IMG/VR virus record: IMGVR_UViG_3300020048_000029
Span: 64,001-128,000 of that record
DNA from: a virus
Length of the DNA stretch: 64,000 bases
Direction: 5' to 3' (one strand)
Below, in pieces: positions 60,200-64,000 of the stretch. The translations under genes and the position numbers were made by a program. How positions within the stretch are numbered: position 1 is the first letter of the stretch; every line of letters begins with the position of its first letter. Under the pieces are notes generated by a model. It saw only the letters and a list, made by a program, of their open reading frames with translations, was not told the origin of the DNA and did not search any database.

Positions 60200-60360
60200 T
60201 ATTCTATTTGGTGGACATGCTTACGGAGATCCTGATTAGATTTTTAGTTATCTGGTTTTACCAAAACCAGATCACTCGGAATCTCATCAGGATCTACAAG
60301 AAGCGCACCTATAAACAATTAAAGACTCGGATGAATCATCCGAGAGCGTCTTCAATATGC
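60197..60360 (-). ncRNA. Retron-like msr-msd unit 11 (first transcribed)
   Basis: IR GCATATT/AATATGC; G 60353; loop GAUUC; begins 6 nt after the HU stop. Confidence 0.75.
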
Positions 60361-60366
60361 TGAAAG

Positions 60367-60621
60367 CTATTTCTTAGAAGTTTTGAACTTCAGAACACGC
60401 TTCGCTGGGATGTTCAGGGGCTGACCATTGAACGGGTTCGTACCCTGGCGAGCAGCAACATCTGTCCACTTAAACGATCCAAAACCTGCGATTTGAACTT
60501 TGTCACTTTCATTGATAACATCGACAAACCCGAGAATAACTCTTTTTGCTTCGGCCTTTGTAACACCGGTTTTCGCAACAACAGCATCAACTACATTGTT
60601 GATTCCGCTTACATCTGACAT
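60367..60621 (-). CDS. hup: HU/IHF-family DNA-binding protein
   Basis: VQIAGFGSF...ARQGTNPFNGQPLNIPAKRVLKFK. Confidence 0.92.
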   Translation of the reverse strand: MSDVSGINNVVDAVVAKTGVTKAEAKRVILGFVDVINESDKVQIAGFGSFKWTDVAARQGTNPFNGQPLNIPAKRVLKFKTSKK

Positions 60622-60630
60622 AGTAACCTC

Positions 60631-61092
60631 CTACTTTTTAACATAACCCAAATCTACATTGATTGCATTATCACGCGCAATGGTTGCGAGTTCATCGCAT
60701 CTCTCATTGTGCTCATTACCGTCATGACCTTTTACCCAGAAGGCTTCGGTCTTGTGGATCTTCATCTGATCGAACATTCTCTTCATAAGATCGACATTTT
60801 CACATGTCTTCCCAGAAGATGTTTTCCAACCTCTTCTCGCCCATCCATGAATCCACATGTTCATGGAATTGCACACGTACTCGGAGTCGCTGTACACTTC
60901 AACTTTGCACGGTCGTTTAAGACGTTCAAGGTTTTCGATGACAGCAAGCAATTCCATCCTGTTGTTCGTTGTTTTTGCATATCCTTTAGAGAACTCTCTA
61001 ATATGGATTCCATGCATCATAATGGCTCCCCAGCCTCCAACTCCAGGATTAGGAGCACAACCGCCATCAGTGTACATTACGACTTCACTCAT
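60631..61092 (-). CDS. rnhA: Ribonuclease HI
   Basis: YTDGGC.PNPG.GGWG, TTNNRMEL, SDSEYV, WVKGH.G...NERCDELA. Confidence 0.95.
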   Translation of the reverse strand: MSEVVMYTDGGCAPNPGVGGWGAIMMHGIHIREFSKGYAKTTNNRMELLAVIENLERLKRPCKVEVYSDSEYVCNSMNMWIHGWARRGWKTSSGKTCENVDLMKRMFDQMKIHKTEAFWVKGHDGNEHNERCDELATIARDNAINVDLGYVKK

Positions 61093-61420
61093 AGGTGCCG
61101 ATAGCCTTATCGATACTTTCTATGATGTCCATATCAATGTCACCTTCAAGGTAAACCTTGTATTCAGTATCTTCACCGAGCACTCCGTCTGGGTCAATTA
61201 ACCCACAATCTTGCCCGATGTGCATTTCGGAAAGCATTCTGATAAGTTCAGATTCCTTTCCTTTTGCAACCTTGAACGAGTTCATTGTTGTCCCATTATG
61301 GGAAACTCGAACGAATTCTACGTTTTTGAATGTGTGTTTTTCCTGAGATGGAACAGAAATTTCCATGAATCCCTCAACTTTGTTATAAAATAAATCCCTC
61401 ATCACTATTGTTTTTCCCAA
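61085..61420 (-). CDS. Hypothetical protein
   Basis: First gene of the - strand block. Confidence 0.5.
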   Translation of the reverse strand: MGKTIVMRDLFYNKVEGFMEISVPSQEKHTFKNVEFVRVSHNGTTMNSFKVAKGKESELIRMLSEMHIGQDCGLIDPDGVLGEDTEYKVYLEGDIDMDIIESIDKAIGTYE

Positions 61421-62030
61421 AACTAAGTCCTAATAACACAAAAAACATGTGCGCAAAACACTGTACAGTCAAAAATTTGCATACTGTACAATACTGTACA
61501 AGAAAATTTTTTTGCCCAAAAACGGCATTTTTTAGAAAATTTTGGTCAAAAATCGGGTTTTTCAAAAATAGGAAAAATGCAAAAAGTACTGTACATTTGT
61601 ATAGAAAAAAATTTTTAGGCCTGTTTTTTCATCGATAAAAAAATATCTAATACAAACAGATATCTATTTCATCTTTCAAGATTTTCATTTTCAAATGAGA
61701 AGACAGCACCTAAGTCGTTGATTTTTTATTGGCACAAAAATTGCTATAGACATCATAAGAAGTTCTTATATATAATATATAGATATCTACATAGTAATAT
61801 ATAATATATAATATATAATGTATATCTATGCTTACACGGTGTATGACATGCAACATGCACACACCCTCACACACATGGGTGCACACACTTCGGGCCCACA
61901 CTAGCTTTCTAAAACCGTGCACACGATAAGCAGATAATAATACGCTTTTCCAAATTAGCCTTTCATTGACAGCATCTTAAATTCAACTTCTGGAAAAAAT
62001 CATTTAAAATCTCACATTTCGAGCAAGTGG
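61421..62030. other. AT-rich non-coding divergent region with ACTGTACA repeats (possible replication origin)
   Basis: ACTGTACA at 61460, 61483, 61493, 61588; A/T tracts; (ATATATA)n at ~61767-61830. Confidence 0.45.
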
Positions 62031-62063
62031 ATGTATTTTTTACTCAGCCGAGGGAGGCCAGAT

Positions 62064-62720
62064 ATGCCAGGAATGTTTGACGAAGAATTACCAGTCGCCG
62101 AAGAGAATGTTTCTCAAGAAGAATTAATCTCGAAAGCAAACGAAGCCATGTCCAATCAGGGTGTAGACCTTGACGACGAAGAGGACGATATCACCGAAGA
62201 AGATCTCAAGCTCGCAGAGGATCTTTTGTTCAACGGGTTTGCGGAAAAGACTGTGAGTCACAGTCGGTTTAAAAATTACACGATCAAGATCTGTTCAACG
62301 ACACCAGCCGAGTACGACATCGTTGACGTCGCGACTATGCGGTTCATTGACTCGAAGAAAAACTCTAGCGGAGGCGTCGATCTTACCGATGCGATCATAA
62401 ACTCTCGAAGAAGACTTTTCTTGGTCGCTTTGACGGTTTCAGAGATCAACGGGTCCGATATAATTCCAAACGACCCCGTATTGCTCGCTAGGAACGTCAA
62501 GACAGCCGTGAAGAAGTACGAGACGTTCTGTGCTAAGGGTGAACTGGAAAACGCTTCAAAACAGCTTGAATCGATCATTTCCGCGATTAACAAAAGAGCC
62601 CACACGATCAGCATGAGTATTCCAGCCCAAGTTGTCGAGTGGATGTCACGCCAAAAAGCTGATTTCGATGCGATGATGTCAATCGTGATTGGGTATGAAA
62701 ATATCGTCCCAAAGTCTTAA
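62064..62720 (+). CDS. Tail assembly chaperone (gpG-like)
   Basis: GGGAGG RBS; ends in slippery C CCA AAG; upstream of tape-measure-like gene. Confidence 0.6.
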   Translation: MPGMFDEELPVAEENVSQEELISKANEAMSNQGVDLDDEEDDITEEDLKLAEDLLFNGFAEKTVSHSRFKNYTIKICSTTPAEYDIVDVATMRFIDSKKNSSGGVDLTDAIINSRRRLFLVALTVSEINGSDIIPNDPVLLARNVKTAVKKYETFCAKGELENASKQLESIISAINKRAHTISMSIPAQVVEWMSRQKADFDAMMSIVIGYENIVPKS

Positions 62721-63013
62721 GGACCACATCAGGATGGGCCAAAGCTGAGATCGTTTACAATTCCGGGGTCTTGCCTGACCCTGGTACTTTTTTAGAACTT
62801 GTCCTGATTCATAAGGTCCTGTCAGAGAGAATTATAAAGTACCTGACTCCTCTCATAGCTTCTGGGAAAGTTGACATGGAAAAAGCTATGAAAAATCTCA
62901 AAGATGTGATATTCGTTGAGAACGGAGTTGAGTCTAAGAGATACATGAAAAAGGCTATGGCTACTTTCGAAAAAGTTAAAGATATGACCATCTCAGTTAG
63001 AGGTTTAAAATGA
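62708..63013 (+). CDS. -1 frameshift extension of the tail chaperone (gpGT-like)
   Basis: -1 frame is open from 62699 to TGA 63011-63013; XXXYYYZ heptamer CCCAAAG at 62708-62714. Confidence 0.65.
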   Translation, partial: PKVLRTTSGWAKAEIVYNSGVLPDPGTFLELVLIHKVLSERIIKYLTPLIASGKVDMEKAMKNLKDVIFVENGVESKRYMKKAMATFEKVKDMTISVRGLK

Positions 63014-64000
63014 ACTCAACTCGTATTGCTCAAGGTGTCGGAGTTGGATATAATCAATTCGACGGACAAGGTTACGATCCGATGGCTGAAGGCCCCGGTT
63101 CACTCCCTGACTTTAGCATGCGTCCGACAGATAGAGTTGCTCTTGCTGGTAAAGCTATGTTTGACAGAGCGAAGGAGTTTAATCCTTCGAAAATCAGTCA
63201 AGATCAACACTATGAGTTTATCAGAACTCCTAAGTACAACTTCGGTACAAGAACCAACGCAAACATTCTAGGGTACAATTTGCGAGCTGAAGAACAGTCT
63301 CGTGCAACTCAAGGTGCATTGGCAAATGCAGCGATTTACACCAGTACGTTCGCTGCAGGTTCTGGAGTGTGGAAAGGTATCACAGGAGGCCTCAAAATGA
63401 GAGGTCTTATGGGAGGACTTACCGCCGGAGTTGGTGGAACTTTGACTGGACTTGCAATGCCAATGATAATCGCTCAGCCTGCTGTGTCATTCTTGCAAAG
63501 CGGAGTTGAAGCGAACCTCATGCAGAGACAGAAAATCGCAAACACAATCAACGACATCCACTCATCGAAAGCTGCTCTAGGACTAACTGGACAGACCGAT
63601 ATTGAGACCAGAATGCTCGGAAGAGACATTTTCAAATCTTACAAGGAGAGAGGCGGGTTTTTCAACGCCGACTCGAAAGAGACTATCCACAAGATTGCCA
63701 TTTCAAACGGTATGATGTCAGCGGTCAAAAGAGGCTCAGCAGACAGTGGTACGATCAAGCAGTACAAGAAGAACTTTGAAGAGCTCGTAAAGACGACTGA
63801 AGAAGTTGTGAAAATGCTCGGGACAACCATCGAAGATGGCATGTCGATCATGAAAACAATGAAGTCTATGGGCTACTCAAGTTTGGCCGAGGTAAGAGGG
63901 GCTATTTCGTCCGCAAAGGGCTTAGGCATGTCAACGGGTCTAGGATATGAAAACATGATGAAAATGGGCTCGCTAGGCGCACAATCGGTTGCAGGAACTT
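63010..64000 (+). CDS. Probable tape measure protein (5' part, runs off window)
   Basis: ATG 63010 overlaps the previous TGA; frame MNSTRIAQGVG... appears open to the window end; Gly/Ala/Met-rich; follows the frameshifted chaperone. Confidence 0.6.
   Translation, partial: MNSTRIAQGVGVGYNQFDGQGYDPMAEGPGSLPDFSMRPTDRVALAGKAMFDRAKEFNPSKISQDQHYEFIRTPKYNFGTRTNANILGYNLRAEEQSRATQGALANAAIYTSTFAAGSGVWKGITGGLKMRGLMGGLTAGVGGTLTGLAMPMIIAQPAVSFLQSGVEANLMQRQKIANTINDIHSSKAALGLTGQTDIETRMLGRDIFKSYKERGGFFNADSKETIHKIAISNGMMSAVKRGSADSGTIKQYKKNFEELVKTTEEVVKMLGTTIEDGMSIMKTMKSMGYSSLAEVRGAISSAKGLGMSTGLGYENMMKMGSLGAQSVAGT

Noticed and set aside
58331-60210. TAGAAT in each unit as a tandem -10 promoter
   Set aside because: Not preferred: several units read TAGAAG, TAGAAA, TAGAGT or TAGAAC, and these changes covary with the distal arm, which fits base pairing. 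Not excluded without TSS data.
58326-60360. CRISPR array
   Set aside because: No identical 25-45 nt direct repeats; the conserved part is only short motifs plus structure; unit lengths vary from 99 to 239 nt; no cas genes in the window.
58326-60360. tRNA cluster (GAUUCG/GUUUCG loops resemble T-loops)
   Set aside because: No cloverleaf, D-arm, anticodon arm or CCA; the loop hairpin is near the 5' end of each unit.
58440-60363. Track ORFs 58440..58670, 58717..58929, 58722..58940, 59086..59289, 59372..59578, 60160..60363
   Set aside because: Short, no RBS, atypical composition, on both strands; explained as chance frames across GC-rich hairpins.
1-64000. Alternative genetic code (stop recoding)
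   Set aside because: Conserved genes are full length in code 11, and TAA, TAG and TGA all end genes at sensible positions.

Overview
This 64-kb window comes from a large contractile-tailed (myovirus-like, probably jumbo) phage genome. The + strand at ~0-30.7 kb carries the virion module: putative baseplate spike, terminase, prohead protease, scaffold, major capsid, neck, sheath and tube. Many of these proteins share a K-x-A motif and N-terminal leader. A - strand island at 4.6-9.2 kb holds a DHH phosphoesterase and a retron-type reverse transcriptase with no room for an adjacent ncRNA. The - strand at 30.8-61.4 kb carries early/metabolic genes (DnaQ-like exonuclease, dUTPase, GroES, HNH-AP2 endonucleases, C5 methyltransferase, lysozyme-like protein, class II RNR, thioredoxin, HU, RNase H). 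An AT-rich divergent gap (possible origin) follows, then frameshifted tail chaperones and the start of a probable tape measure gene. Headline: 58,326-60,360 is a tandem array of 11 distinct retron-like msr-msd ncRNA units. Each has its own a1/a2-like inverted repeat, an invariant G next to the stem, a conserved GWHUC-loop hairpin that folds best on the - (RNA) strand, and a unique long hairpin that folds best on the + (predicted cDNA) strand. The array lies next to phage RNase H and is most plausibly served in trans by the orphan RT ~51 kb away. That would be a split, multiplexed natural retron-like system making a library of different ssDNA structures. All calls are from manual reading; no searches were run.
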